61,440 nt of DNA, filler included, from Basidiobolus ranarum (GCA_040143965.1; 6 parts of 6 records of this genome joined end to end with filler, not necessarily neighbours in it); one strand, 5' to 3'. Counted from the first letter of the whole stretch, positions 12,686 to 25,583 are shown. Numbers and translations are program-made. The notes: a model not told the origin generated them from the sequence alone.

Positions 12686-13839
12686 CTACCGAGATACATT
12701 CTGTCCTTCAGAACTGAATCCAAGAACATTTCGAACGACGTTCAAGAGAGATTGAGGTCTGTAAAGTGTCTTCGGCACTTCATTGCCTGACATCTCCATA
12801 TCTTTATGGACAGCCATTTGTTGTTCCATTTGTCTCTTTGCCTCGACACGCTTGTGAATGAGGACAAAAGCCATACAACCAGCGGCAATCAGCCCAACTA
12901 CGACACCTGCAATTGGACCGGCTAAACTGGCGGTCTTTACGTCCATCATGGCCGGCGATTCTCCAGTAGCTGGATTGGCAACTATTGGATTCGGATTTGG
13001 AGATTGTGTGATGTCCCCAGTATTAGAGGGCATGAAACCAACATGCTTTTCTCCGTTTGGCTTAGCCAATCTAACTTCTAGTTCACCTGAAATGAACCAT
13101 ATGTGAGATTTATAATTACCTATCTCTCGCTGAAATACTGTGAACTTACGGTAACCACAAGTGCTGTTTAGCCATTGACATCCTACACCGTTAAAAATAG
13201 TGGCGGACTGACAGCTTTTCTGGGTACGATATTCATCACAACCTTACATAAATAACTCGCTGGTTAGATTTTAGTAGATATAGACGGGAGAAAATGTATA
13301 ATTACCTGCCGGGCATTTACCACCGCCATTGGGGAAGCATCTATAACGACCACAATCCATGCAATCTTGCGAGCACTTACTATCAGAAAGTAATTTACAT
13401 TTTATGTCTAAAGAAGGTTTCTCAATAAATGTGTCCGTGTCGTAAAAAGTGACAAAAAATCTCCAATTTACCTCTATAACATGAGGTTTGCTTCCATATG
13501 CAACCCACACCGTTCATGCGAACCTTACTACAACTCTGCTCATTACTGTATAGATAACAGTCTAAAGAATACATATTAGTTCTCTTTCTACATATAAGGT
13601 CGCTTATTACTTCCAAGTAAGCTTACCCAGGGGGCACGTTGGCTCTTTAACACATTTAAAGAAACCACAATCGTGAGTACCTGGCGGACAGGCTTTGGTA
13701 GTGTTGTTTTCAGCAGCAGTCACTGTGAACCGATTTAAGTTAATTGTTGCTAAGAAAAATGTGTTCACTAGACTTTCTCACCTTGCAGGCAAAATAAAAG
13801 GCAAACGAATAGAGATATTGCGAAAAACCGTATACTCAT
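12686..13839 (-). CDS. Type I membrane protein: signal peptide, two Cys-rich repeats, P/N-rich stalk, one TM helix, short cytoplasmic tail
   Basis: Six exons splice in frame: MSIRFFAISLFVCLLFCLQ|...CPPGTHDCGFFKC...NGVGCIWKQTSC...DCGRYRC...NGVGCQWLNSTC...TM PIAGVVVGLIAAGCMAFVLI followed by HKR. Confidence 0.8.
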
Positions 13840-15650
13840 TTGAAGCTATTATGTAACTGATATTTTAAAATAGAATCTACTACGTCTCTTGGTTGCTTCT
13901 GAGCACCAACGGATGAGAAAAGAATATTCGTGGAAGATTTTTACGTGCTAGACGTTTTACTAAGAGGAGAAGGGAAATAGTCAAGGTAGTAGCGAAAAAT
14001 TGCAACAAGTATCGAGCAGTTTGTTCGTGATAAGCAGCAGAAAAAGGAGATCTTGGGAGACCAAGGGGAACTGAGCCAATGAGAAAGATCCAGTGGTTAT
14101 GCACACTCGTTAGGGTATGTGCCTATTTTAAAATCAAGCTTATTTTGGTAGTTCTCAGACAAAGTGGATTATAATTGGCCACCAGAAATTTAAAAGATTA
14201 CTGTATTTGGCACCACTGCATAATTAATGAACAACTCGTATCACTTTAATATCAATGCCGTTCAGCGAAGCTGCTGAAATCATAAAACCGACGCGGGGAT
14301 TGGATTCTTATTTCATTTGCATGGCTCGAAGTTACCAGATAATTATCGCATGATGTCATTGAGTGAGATGTATTCTTTATGAAACTAATTGTTTACATTT
14401 CAGCGATTCACCGACCAGAATCCATCGAAGCTTTGGATGTGACAATTAGTCAAGAGCATACGGACCTGGTGCAGAAACGTTTGCCACCCTTTGCCCTGAA
14501 GAGGCGTTAGTCTGGAAGGACTGGCTGGCTGAATCCGAGTCATACAAGCAGAGTTCCATTTTCATACTCATGCACAAGCGCAGTACAAATTAAATTGTGC
14601 ATCTAGCGCACTAAATCAATAAGCCACTTTTGGGTAAATCCCAAAATACCTTACGAAAATCAGATCCAACTATGTACATTTCCACCTGCAATATTCAAAT
14701 TAATGAAAGTTGCCAGCTTCTTAGAATGCCTCCATCAGATTGTAATTTCTTGCAACATTTGAGGTGGGATATAGGGAGGACGTGCGTTGATAATCCCCGC
14801 ATAAATAACATATTCGAATGATTGAAACCGTATGTCGTTTCTTCAAACAACACCAATCTCTTGCTACGTCAACAAGCGGTACAATGTCAGTGGGGTTCTC
14901 CTATTTCGTATGTGGATTTCTATTCTCTTGGTTCCGCCCTTGGCAATCTTGTACGCCATTGATACGGATTTGTTTCTATTCAGAAAGAATTCAAGCAACA
15001 CGTAATCAACCACCTTAAATTCAAATCTTACTTTACGTAATGTGGATTTCGTATTGAACTACACCAGTATATCTTATATTTTTATATAGCGAGCGTGTAT
15101 TCCAATATGGTAGCGATGGAGCCTTCACTAAAGTCGGAGTTCTTGGCATTTATTCGACTACAATCCAGAATGTATCCTGTTTACTCGGCCAGTTTGAGCA
15201 ACAACCGTCAAAGGCTCAAGAACCGGAGCTGCTTTCCCAACAACTTCAACCTAACGAGTATATTGGAATATGATCTCATCGTCAGTATATATACACATAT
15301 ATATATATATATGCATTTGAATCGGATACAGTTATTTTTATCCTTGCCTCACGTGGATGATCCAGCTATCAATAGATACACCAGCAAGCACAGCATTTTG
15401 CAAATCATTGATAAGGTTGTCAACACTATGTGCTGAAAAAAATCCAACAAATCTGCTAGCTCACGAAGCCAGGATCAATGGATTTTTACTCGGAGCTAAA
15501 AAATGAGCCAATGGAGGGAAAGTGTTGGGGGTTGAAAGAAACAAGCATCCAGTGTGGAGACAAAAATTGAGCTACGATGGATTCAACCTCCTCTTTCCTT
15601 CAGCCCATTCATTCGGTCTTCGCCCAGTCGATTGAGAGTGCATAATAAAA

Positions 15651-16154
15651 ATGACCGTATGTAATCAACCACTCGATTCATATCCATCCATCATTTTACC
15701 ATCGCAAATAGACTAACCCAATTCCTCCCTCTTAATCAATTAGCAAGATTCCTTTAAACGTATTGTTGAAGTTGGCAGAGTAGTCTTGCTCAACTCTGGT
15801 GTTGACTCTGGCAAACTTGCCGTGATTGTCGAGATCCTCGACCACAATCGTGCCATTGTCGATGGACCTACCACTGGTGTTGCCCGCCACGCTCACGCCT
15901 ACCGTCGTCTCACTCTTACCCCCTTGGTTGTCAAGAATCTTCCTCGTGGTACCGGCTCCGGTGCTTTAAAGAAGGCCCTTGAAAAGCAAGAAATCGTTTC
16001 TCAATGGGAGAAGACTACCTGGGCCCAAAAGCTTGATGCTCGTACAAAGCGCGCCGCCTTGACCGATTTCGATCGTTTCAAGCTTATGAAATTGAGAAAG
16101 CAGCGTCGTAACATTGTCGGTAAGCAAATCGCTACTCTCAAGAAGAGCAACTAA
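15651..16154 (+). CDS. RPL14: 60S ribosomal protein L14 (eL14)
   Basis: ATG ACC, intron 15657-15743, then [15 protein letters not shown]...[20 protein letters not shown]...LTDFDRFK. Confidence 0.97.
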
Positions 16155-16854
16155 ATCTTTTAGACACCTAAAAGGTTGTTTTCTCTAAAATAAATACGCT
16201 TACTCTTCATCTCTGTTTGTGTTGATGTTTTCATTACGAGTGCAACTGAAACCCAATTCCACTATTTTTTACCGATTCACTGATTTGCAGTAGATCTGTT
16301 ATTTTGGATGGACCCACAAATCATCGATCAAGTCAACGACAATGACTTCGTAGGTAGTGCGTGCTCTTTAACTGTTAAGCAGACAACTCTATTCTGATTC
16401 TGCTGTTGAGCTGACTTAGTCCTACATTGTAAAAAGCGTCATAACCTAATATCTAACTGAGTTTACGTTTTCTGTGAGTAAACGGATTATAACGATGTTT
16501 TGCGTGTTAAACAGTACAAAAAGCGTTTGTAGTGAGCTGTAATCTCCAGCCAGCTGTTGTGTAGGAGAGTCGACTTCGCCGAGAAAGCACTACAGTTTTT
16601 AAACTAAGGCCTTAAACCTGGATTAAAAACTTGCTTAAAACCATTTAAGCCTAACTCACTACATCGTGAATGTGATCAGTCATAATTCTTCAGTACTCAC
16701 AGTCTAGGCTGGTCTTCTAAGTGGTTCCATGGCATATTTGTTCAGATCTATGTTACTGATTAATCTAAATATTCTGCTGACGAAACAGTTATTAATAGCA
16801 GAGTTAATGAGCTTGCGTTGAGTCTATAGGTTTAGCAGAGCACCAATATACATT

Positions 16855-17560
16855 ATGGCCAAAGGTGAGTTACTAATACCTATTCTAAGCGCTTCTTGGT
16901 ATCATTTAAATTTTATTGCGTCCACACTGTATTAACCCTTCTCCATAGTTCCAAGAAATTTTAGACTTCTCGAAGAGCTAGAGAAAGGTGAAAAAGGGAT
17001 TGGTGATGGAACCTGCAGTTACGGTTTGGCTGATAGTGATGACATAATGATGAGCAGTTGGAACGGTACCATATTAGGGCCACCACATGTAACATTCTAC
17101 ACTATACACTTTCTTTTGTTGTAACTCCAATTAACCTGGCTTGTAGACTGTTCATGAAAATCGTATTTATTCCTTGAAGATCCATTGTGACGGAAATTAT
17201 CCCGATACTCCACCAGCGATCTCTTTCTTGTCAAGAATTAATTTACCCTGTGTCAACCAGCAAACCGGGAAGGTAGCTTCTTTCTTGATTTTTACCTTGT
17301 TAAATGTTTTTAATAACATCGATGCTTTGCTTAGGTCGAACCAAACAGATTGAATTGTCTGCATAACTGGAAAAGAGATTACACATTGGAAACCGTATTA
17401 ACTGAGCTTCGTCGGTAAGTATTCCTTATCATATTAGGATCTATTTGAGGTGGACATGTGTCGTTATCTTGGAGTATTAAGACTTGAGTATTGATGTAGT
17501 GAAATGGCCCACCCGAATCATAGAAAACTCCCGCAATCCCCCGAAGGCAGCTGCTATTAA
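16855..17560 (+). CDS. MMS2: Ubiquitin-conjugating enzyme variant Mms2/UEV1, 5 exons
   Basis: Spliced: [30 protein letters not shown]...[25 protein letters not shown]...INLPCVN...[12 protein letters not shown]. Confidence 0.96.
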
Positions 17561-18508
17561 GAATACTAGCGGTACACTCGCTTTACGAGCCTTCATCATA
17601 TTCCCACCTGCTTGAGAAGTCGCTTGAAATAAACTGCATCAATTATTTCCCAGTAGTGAGATCCTATATAGCGCTCTTCAAAATGATCTAAATTTAAGCT
17701 AGACATCTTTGGTATAGTTTTAGTACCGAAACAGCCTAATATTATTCTAGAAGACGCAGCTGTCATTGTAAATCCGATCATTGGTGGCTAATCAATGAAT
17801 AGAATGAACGTGAAAAAATACCAATAAATGAATGATTCCTCGAAATAACTCCGCTAGCTATTGATACAATTGCGTATATTCTATCCACTGCTTCCATGAG
17901 GTTGCAGAGTGTACTTGGGCTTGGATGATACTGTTCATTTTGAAGGAATAAATTATCCTTTGATCTAGTTGAGATAATCGGAAATCTTGGTAGATTATCT
18001 TTTAATCTCCTCATGTGATTCAAGTTAATTCACCCTAAACTATACCAAATTGCCGTGAGCTGTATAGAATATAAGGAAATCACGAGATCTAGACTGATTT
18101 CAATTGACACCTTGAATATCGCAAGAACAGATATTTTGAAGACATGCTGCTTTCATAGGCCTCAAGTCCTATATACACTAATCTCGATGGTTTCGTATGG
18201 AAGTAGAGCTTTCGAATGACCACCATTATTCCTATTGAGTGTGTAGGAAGTATGTGAAAGCTTGGCTAACTCGGCGTGATTTCTTGTACAGAACTCATGA
18301 TCAATATCTATCAGAAGGGGGTGGATTTAATCTAGAATGAACAAATCCGATGATGATCTATCCCGTAGCATATATTCTATTATTACAGTGTGTTAACAAT
18401 AGTTGTATTTTCTTTCCTCAACCGTTAAACTCCAAGATCGCGGCTCACTACCACAGAACACTACTATATTGCTAAAAGAATCCCAATTCCATTTGTGAAC
18501 ATTCTTCT

Positions 18509-20449
18509 ATGACAGAGATTTGTAAACACGAGACGGCGATCGATGACGATTCTCCTTCATTATCCTGTCAATCTTCACCAGACACACTCTCATATGGCCT
18601 GCTTAACTCTCAAGTGAAACAAACCTTGCTCGAAGAGACTGAGGGAACTCCATGTCATTCAACATCTGAAAAGCAGGATCCCGATCTGAATATGTCCGGC
18701 CGAACCGCTGGCTCTATGGGTTCTTTGAATTCCGAGGAATCATTTTCAGTTATCCCAAAATTAGGCTCAGAAAATCAGTATGATAAGTCGGTATTTTATT
18801 TCATAATTCTTAACCTTTTTAAACTTTTTGTCATACATTACGATCACATGTTGAATACGGTCATTAATCTTTATACTCTAGCGACTCACGGGTCGTAATA
18901 GACCAATCTGTAATAGTCGCGTTGTTAGACCATGGATATACGGATGACAAATTCAACAACTACGGTTATCTCGGTGGAAAGCGCGTTCTAACTTCACGCC
19001 ATTCAGATAAGATGATCTGTCATATTAGTCATTTCATACCGTCGATACGGTAATATATATATATTTGGTACTGGTCAACTCTTGCTTAAGGCTAATGTAA
19101 ATCCTCAGCTCAATAGAATCTATGCTGTCCGGAAAAGGCGAGGAATCCTCGATTGCTTTCAAGCTTGCTTTAGATTCTTTTACTACAATGGGTGTTGAGC
19201 TTATGGGGTGGTATCGAAGGTATGTATTTCCATCTATGTGGAGGTGTTTCCTCCTCAAGGTCATTGCGGCTTTTAAATTATTGAGTTTTTAGCGACATTT
19301 CTCAAGACAGTCTAACGCCAACACACTCAGATCTTCTTCGCCAAAGTCATATACAAAAAGTGGTAAGGCCCGAAATCTCATTGAGGTTTTATTGTTGAGT
19401 AACTTAAAAGTTTTATATCGAACAGATTCCATATGGAGTTGGTGTTCTAATTTCGGGCTCCAAGATTCCCAAATTGACGGATACGGTTAACTCTGAGATA
19501 CCATACGAACTGACCGTATTCAGACTTTCTCCTACTATATCTCCGGCCAAACTACCCGATCCAAAATATACAACAAATGATTCAACCTCTCACCACTCTG
19601 TACCTGTTACGTTTGGTGTCAATCAACAATCTTACACCAATCCTGAGTTGATAAGACAAATCACCGGAACGTTAAAGGTTCGAACACTAAGGAAACACAA
19701 CTTAAATTAAAAAAACTTACAGTTTCTATTTTTTGAAACAGACAGTTCTTGTGGAATCGCACGTTTTGTTTGAAGCTCAACGTATAGACTGTGGTCATAT
19801 GGCTGGGAGGAAGCTATTTACTGACTCCGAATATGACAGCTTTCTTATGCGTTTCTGGAAGACAAGTGCTATTCAGGTTTGCTTTTATCAATTCCTCACT
19901 TGTTATTCGGTGTAATTTACATTCATATCATATGAACAGTTGAAGAAAACAGTGGAGCAAGAATTCCATTCTTTGGCATTGAAAAAACATCATTTAAAAT
20001 CACTTTTGACCCAGAAAATCTCGCATCTCCAAAACCAGATAGAACTGGATTACAAAAACGCTAGTCCTGATATTCGAGGAAGAAAACTTGCTGCTCTTGA
20101 AAAGGTGAGTGGTCATTAATTGTGTAGAGTGGATTATTTCACTAACCTGTGACCTCCTTAGTTAATAGCTCATACTTTGAATGAGAAATTTGAGAAGGAC
20201 TCTCAGGTTGGTTCCTTCAATATAAACAGGTGGTTAAATATGGACCCCCAGATGAATCAAGTGCATACTGAGGAACAGGGCTCCAGTTTCAAACGAAAGT
20301 CAGAATCAACTGTTTCTAGCTTAAAGAAACAACGTAAATCAGCACATTCGAAATATGAGCATAATCGAACAATTCCTTATTGGCCTTTAGTATCACCAGC
20401 ACCTATCTCTAATGGTTATGCGTTCTCTTCCAATTATCCTCCTTTTTCT
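18509..20449 (+). CDS. MPN/JAB1-domain protein, BRCC36-like, with a degenerate JAMM site; runs off the contig end
   Basis: Hand-spliced exons: VVIDQSVIVALLDHGYT...YGYLGG...ICHISHFIPSIR|...GVELMGWYRS|DISQDSLTPTHSDLLRQSHIQKV|IPYGVGVLIS, followed by helical/coiled-coil exons. Confidence 0.7.
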
Positions 20450-20549
20450 NNNNNNNNNNNNNNNNNNNNNNNNNNNNNNNNNNNNNNNNNNNNTTAATTA
20501 ATTAANNNNNNNNNNNNNNNNNNNNNNNNNNNNNNNNNNNNNNNNNNNN
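20450..20549. other. Artificial contig linker
   Basis: N44-TTAATTAATTAA-N44. Confidence 0.99.
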
Positions 20550-20678
20550 GATGGAACCAATTATCAAGTTTGGAAAATTAAAATGAAAATGCTGCTGCAA
20601 GAAAAAGGACTTTGGGACACTGTTGTAGGAGAAGAAAACAATGCAAAACTATCTGAAACCGAAGTTTTACTCCCTTAA
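20550..20678 (+). mobile_element. Ty1/copia-type gag N-terminal fragment
   Basis: Translates DGTNYQVWKIKMKMLLQEKGLWDTVVGEE..., matching the copia gag N-terminal pattern GxNYxxWKxKMxxxLxxxxLWxxV. It stops after 42 codons. Confidence 0.8.
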
Positions 20679-21166
20679 TATAAAGTCTTACACCAAAACG
20701 ACAATTAATCTATGCACAATAGGTCACGAGTAGAAGGCGTAAGAAAGTAAGTTACCAATGTAATCTGGAGAGTGAAATTTCTTCAGATCCGAAGGGGTTG
20801 CTGATTTAGGTGGAATAATTCTAGGTAACATTGTCAATAATAATCTATACAAGTACACAAATATACGAAATCTTTACTTCATGTAAGGCATGAGCTTGTA
20901 AGCGGCAACCAAAGAATGTACCAATCCGGCCTTCAGAAGTAACTTGTCAGAATCTAGAACATGTGGAAACTTCTATCAAACCAATAACATACTCGGTTCA
21001 GGTTGGAAGGAAGCTGATTTGCAAGTTTTACATAACCAGGAGAAAAAACGTAGCCGACTTTTTTACTTTTTTCCTCTAATAATTCATCTGTTTTGTGTTC
21101 AACTTTAGCCTTCTTGAGGTTACGAATATCATCTTCAATGTCTTCGGAATTTTCAAATCCAGTCAT
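20679..21166 (-). pseudogene. Class I histone deacetylase (HDAC8/Hos1-like), 5' part only, apparently truncated
   Basis: Spliced: ...KKVGYVFSPGYVKLANQLPSNLNR|AGLVHSLVAAYKLMPYMK|IIPPKSATPSDLKKFHSPDYI|DFILRE*. It then abuts the antisense copia fragment, with no catalytic core. Confidence 0.7.
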
Positions 21167-22026
21167 ATCTCCACTCTGAGGTAGGGGTGAACTCGAATAG
21201 GTCTCAAGCCTATGTTATGTCAGAATCGTTTATCCGTTGTAGTAGATATTATCGTGTTGACATTTGAATCAATAACTAAAATTTAGACTGCAAATCATTT
21301 GATAAAAAAATTGAATAAATAAACAGAATGCATGATATCGAATATCACCTATCCATAATACAAACATTCTGGATCTTATTCCCGGGTAGAGACCTACACT
21401 CTACACAATCCATAAAAGTTACAGAATAAACTACTCTTTAATGCGTCCAGAAATGATTCAAGTATATATGAGTATTGACAGTTGCATGATAGGTCATACA
21501 ACTAGAATCCATCTATGAACATACTTCAATCCCAATTCGCTTCACCTCTCTCACGTCATGAAAGATAATCATTCAACTAGTTAAAAAATCCAGTAACTAC
21601 ATTCCACTCATTTTCAATGAAAGAAATATTCGCCAAATGGGAGAAATCCGCCTTATGCTCTCGACTTGACGAGTGTTAGTTTGAGGCATCAATCTCACCA
21701 AGTGCCTACACGTTTATACTGATGGAATCGTGAGGAGTTCCTGAAAAGAAACTCGACGCTCCTAAGCTTTGTAAACCGTCTAGCAGATGGAACTCGTTAC
21801 ATTCTAGATAGAGGAAACTAGAAGTTTCTATTGGAAATTAATTTATTTAACATGTGGAAATTTACTGTACAATAATGTCATGATATCTAAAGCCTCATGA
21901 CCATATATTAATCTTCTATCAAGTAAATTAAAAAGGATGGAGAAGTATCAACTAAAATTTCTGAGATAACGGCGAAAGAAACTGTTCGTGACTTGTAGCG
22001 TAAATATAGATACTAGTAGCGGTGAC

Positions 22027-23261
22027 CTAATCAAGGTATAGTTGGTGTTGAGAAATATAATCGATCACTTGATTCGGGAGAAGGTACTTGATAGCCATTC
22101 CACGCTTTATAAACAACCTACGCCTAAGAGTCAATGACTGTTCGTGAATGCGAAATAAAATAAACTCGTGTATACCTGATCTTTGTAGAGCTGATATCGT
22201 TATGAATCAATTGCTTGACTACACGTACATTTTTCTATCATAGTGAAAATGAGCTACCGTGTCATGCGGGATTAAAATCGAACTTACTAACCTTGTACCG
22301 ATTTAAAATGTCATGAGATAGTAAAAAGTTATAAACATCGGACCCCGTGCGCTCAACAATGACACATCCATAATGGCCAAGAATATGATGCAACTAAGCA
22401 ATAATTTCGAAAGATCATGAATCAGCCGTTGTTTGTATTACATACATGTATAGACTGAAGTCAAATAAAGGAGCTTACATCTTTAAGGGCCCAGCAGTTT
22501 GGAATACCAAATGATTCAATCAGGTCGCCTCCAGCTAGAAGCATGATGTGGATGGGTTTTACTTGTCCTGTGAATTAATGGTACTAAGTTAGAAAGAAGC
22601 TTCAGGCGACGATCAAGTAGGGCTTACCATCGGCCAGCAAAACGCCACCACCTTCGGCACCATTTAAACACTCATTGAAATGATCAAGTACGGTAGCTGT
22701 TCGCTGATAAGTGGGATTCATTGCTTCCCATGAATCCACCATGATCCAGTCCGAGGTGTTGTCAACAGCAATCTCGCACATTTGGACTCGGTGAACTGCA
22801 GGTGCCAGCCCTTTTTTGGCATACTTGTCATTCACGGGGGAAAAGTAGCCTCCAATAAGCTCGTATTTGCCTTCCTCCTCGATCTGATCTTTCGCCATTT
22901 CTATAATAATCGCGGTAAGTCATAGTTTAAATAAATCATAAATTAACCCTCACTCACCAAACATTCGTAGGTGAAGGTAGGTAATGGGTGAGAAAGAACC
23001 ACAGGAGATGAGTACTAATGGAATTTTGGACTCGTCTAAAAAGGTGAAGCATATTGGTTTTAGCCAACGCAGAAAGATAATATTTGACGAGGTAAAGTAA
23101 TACAGAGGCTCAAATCAATGGTGAGCTGCTATAAAATATTCAGAGCAAACTATCTCGTCATTGCTTTTAAAAGGTAATTATTTTCTGATACCTCTAAGAG
23201 TAGGTCGGAGTCTATGTCTAGGAAATACATATTGATGGTGAAATAAATCCGGTACAGTCAT
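22027..23261 (-). CDS. NMA1: Nicotinamide/nicotinate mononucleotide adenylyltransferase
   Basis: Spliced: ...VLISCGSFSPITYLHLRMF|EMAKD...SPVNDKYAKKGLAPAVHRVQMC...MLLAGGDLIESFG...DISSTKIR|LFIKRGMAIKYLLPNQVIDYI. First intron 23036-23191. Confidence 0.96.
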
Positions 23262-25583
23262 TTTGATAATGAGTAGTGTTTAGCAACAGAGGCGAAGAGA
23301 TCGAAGAAGATGGAATACGAGAAAGCTTTAGGTAATTGAGAGGATACGAATGAAGGTAATCAATAAACTCGTAACAGGAAAATGTCACGTTGAAACAGAA
23401 GCCGAACAAACAGTTTCGAATGGGAAAAGCTTATTTATTTATCATGTAGCGATCACCTTTTAACCTTTCGCACCAAGTGCCAATAACTAATCAACCCTCG
23501 ATGTGGAATAGTTCAATCCCATTTTGTCATTACTCTTCAGCCTCTTTTTTTTTCGGAATCAGGGCTTTATACCATTGGCAAGTTTGGAAACATTTCGGAT
23601 TTGACCAATTTAGCTAGCTTATGGATCGCATTTCCCGGTTAAATCTTGGCCATCATTAAGAGCAGTGCTGTGAACAAGACTTCACATCCACATTGAAGTG
23701 GAATTATGTAGCAGTGTGCCTCTTTCTAGATCCCACTATTTGGAAGTAAATATAGACCAGGTTGTGGTATTCGGGTTGAATGAAGGAAACAAAGTGGTAA
23801 AACTTCTAAAGAGAGCGATGGCTCCCTCATTTCATGTCGTACAAGGCTGGGATTATGTTTGTAGATAGTGTCAAGCGAATGACCTGATCAGGCTATGGAA
23901 TATAGCAGCTTTGGGCCTCGTCTGGGTTGCGCTTAGTATGGACATAGTATGTTCGGTCATCAGGGTTGGAAGTATTCCACGATCTCTGGAAGCCTATCTT
24001 ATTGTAGTAATTGTAGTTTTTAGTAAATCACCAAACAACCTGCTTAGAATTTCGAGTAAGTCAGCACCAAAATAAGAATCCATTTTAATTTGATAAAGCC
24101 GAAAAAATCGAGAGGATCCAGGCCTAGTTTATAAGCAAAAGCTGACTTCTAGACCGAGACAAATTCAAAACGAAGCTAACTAGCTAGACTTGGTAGATGG
24201 TCTTTTGGCTTTGATATATATGGCAAAGATGGTGACTTCTATCGGCAAATATGAAAAGGAGAGACCATTGGCCTCGAAGTGTGGAAGTCGGAGTCATTGA
24301 TATTAACAAACAGCATACATCCTGATGTATCGACAAGAACAAGCGAGGCTAGTGGACAAGCAACCAAGTCATCCCAGCGTTGATCGACCCTTGCAACAAT
24401 CAACAACCAGCACCCAACACATGCTTGACATGAGACAATGTTGCGGATATATGCTCATACAGCACAATGCAATAAACAAGCTCTAATGCATATATATATG
24501 ATCGGAGGGCACATTCACCCAGTCAATTAATATTAAGGACGGATTAGTGACTGGACTGAGCCAATGTGAGTCAGTTCATCAATAATCGGATCAGGAAAAA
24601 ACCTGTCAGAGCAGGTACATATCTTCACAGGGCATTTCTTAGCTAAGCACACTAACCATCCAAAAGCACTTTTTGTACGCTTTATTGCCCCACTGGCTGT
24701 TCCTGATGCTTCAAATGGTATATGGAAGTGCGTTGCAGATAGATGCTGACCTGAATTTTACATCAAGGATTTTCTATCGCACCAGATGTCAAACCACACA
24801 GCTTCACATGTCATGTAGCCATCATGGATGAATAAGCATTTCAATCTAGTCCACCTCCAAGGCGCAATCCCCCAAAATCACAACAATGTCCCTGATGATT
24901 ACTTGTTACTACTCCTCTTGCGCCATCAAAGTGTGGTGCAAGTTCCAAAGAATGGCGGGTTCGACTGCAGCATTATGTCAATGGTGATTGTGTGATGTAT
25001 GGAAGATTGCATGCTCTTACCTATCTGTCGCCAGCTCTCCCTCCCATTTCCGTAGTTTATTCGTCATGCTTTAATACTTCACGATAGAGAAACGATGATT
25101 ACTTCATATCAAGTTCAATATTCAGTTGGGAGATACGGTTTTTTTCTTGAGGGATTTCCATATTAATCGGCTGTCTCTATGTAGCCAATAATATGGCTGC
25201 TGTCATATGAGTATGAATGTGATTGACTCTTTTGATCGACTAATTGGGATCGAGACAAACAATGGATAGAGTTTTCTTACTCCATTTTCATATGATACAT
25301 ATGGCCAAATTAGCAGTCTTTTATTATTTGATTAGTCCGCTTTGTCCTCTGGCGCATTCAAATAGTCTGCCTATCTCTAATTCTTGCAGAATGCAATATC
25401 TCTTGCAATCAAACATCTTATATTAATTTGCTTAGCAATAGTGTCTATCTGACTTCTATTCTCTTTCATTCTCGCATACTAGAAACGTGTTCTTCGTTTC
25501 CGATCGACCTTTCTCATCTTTGACACTTCATCCCTTTTACACTCATTCAATAGCAATCTTTTGCTTTTACATAACTCAAAGAT

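Noticed and set aside
14400-15480. Possible minus-strand gene with intron-like segments
   Set aside because: All frames are interrupted by stops and no family is recognised; at most an old pseudogene.
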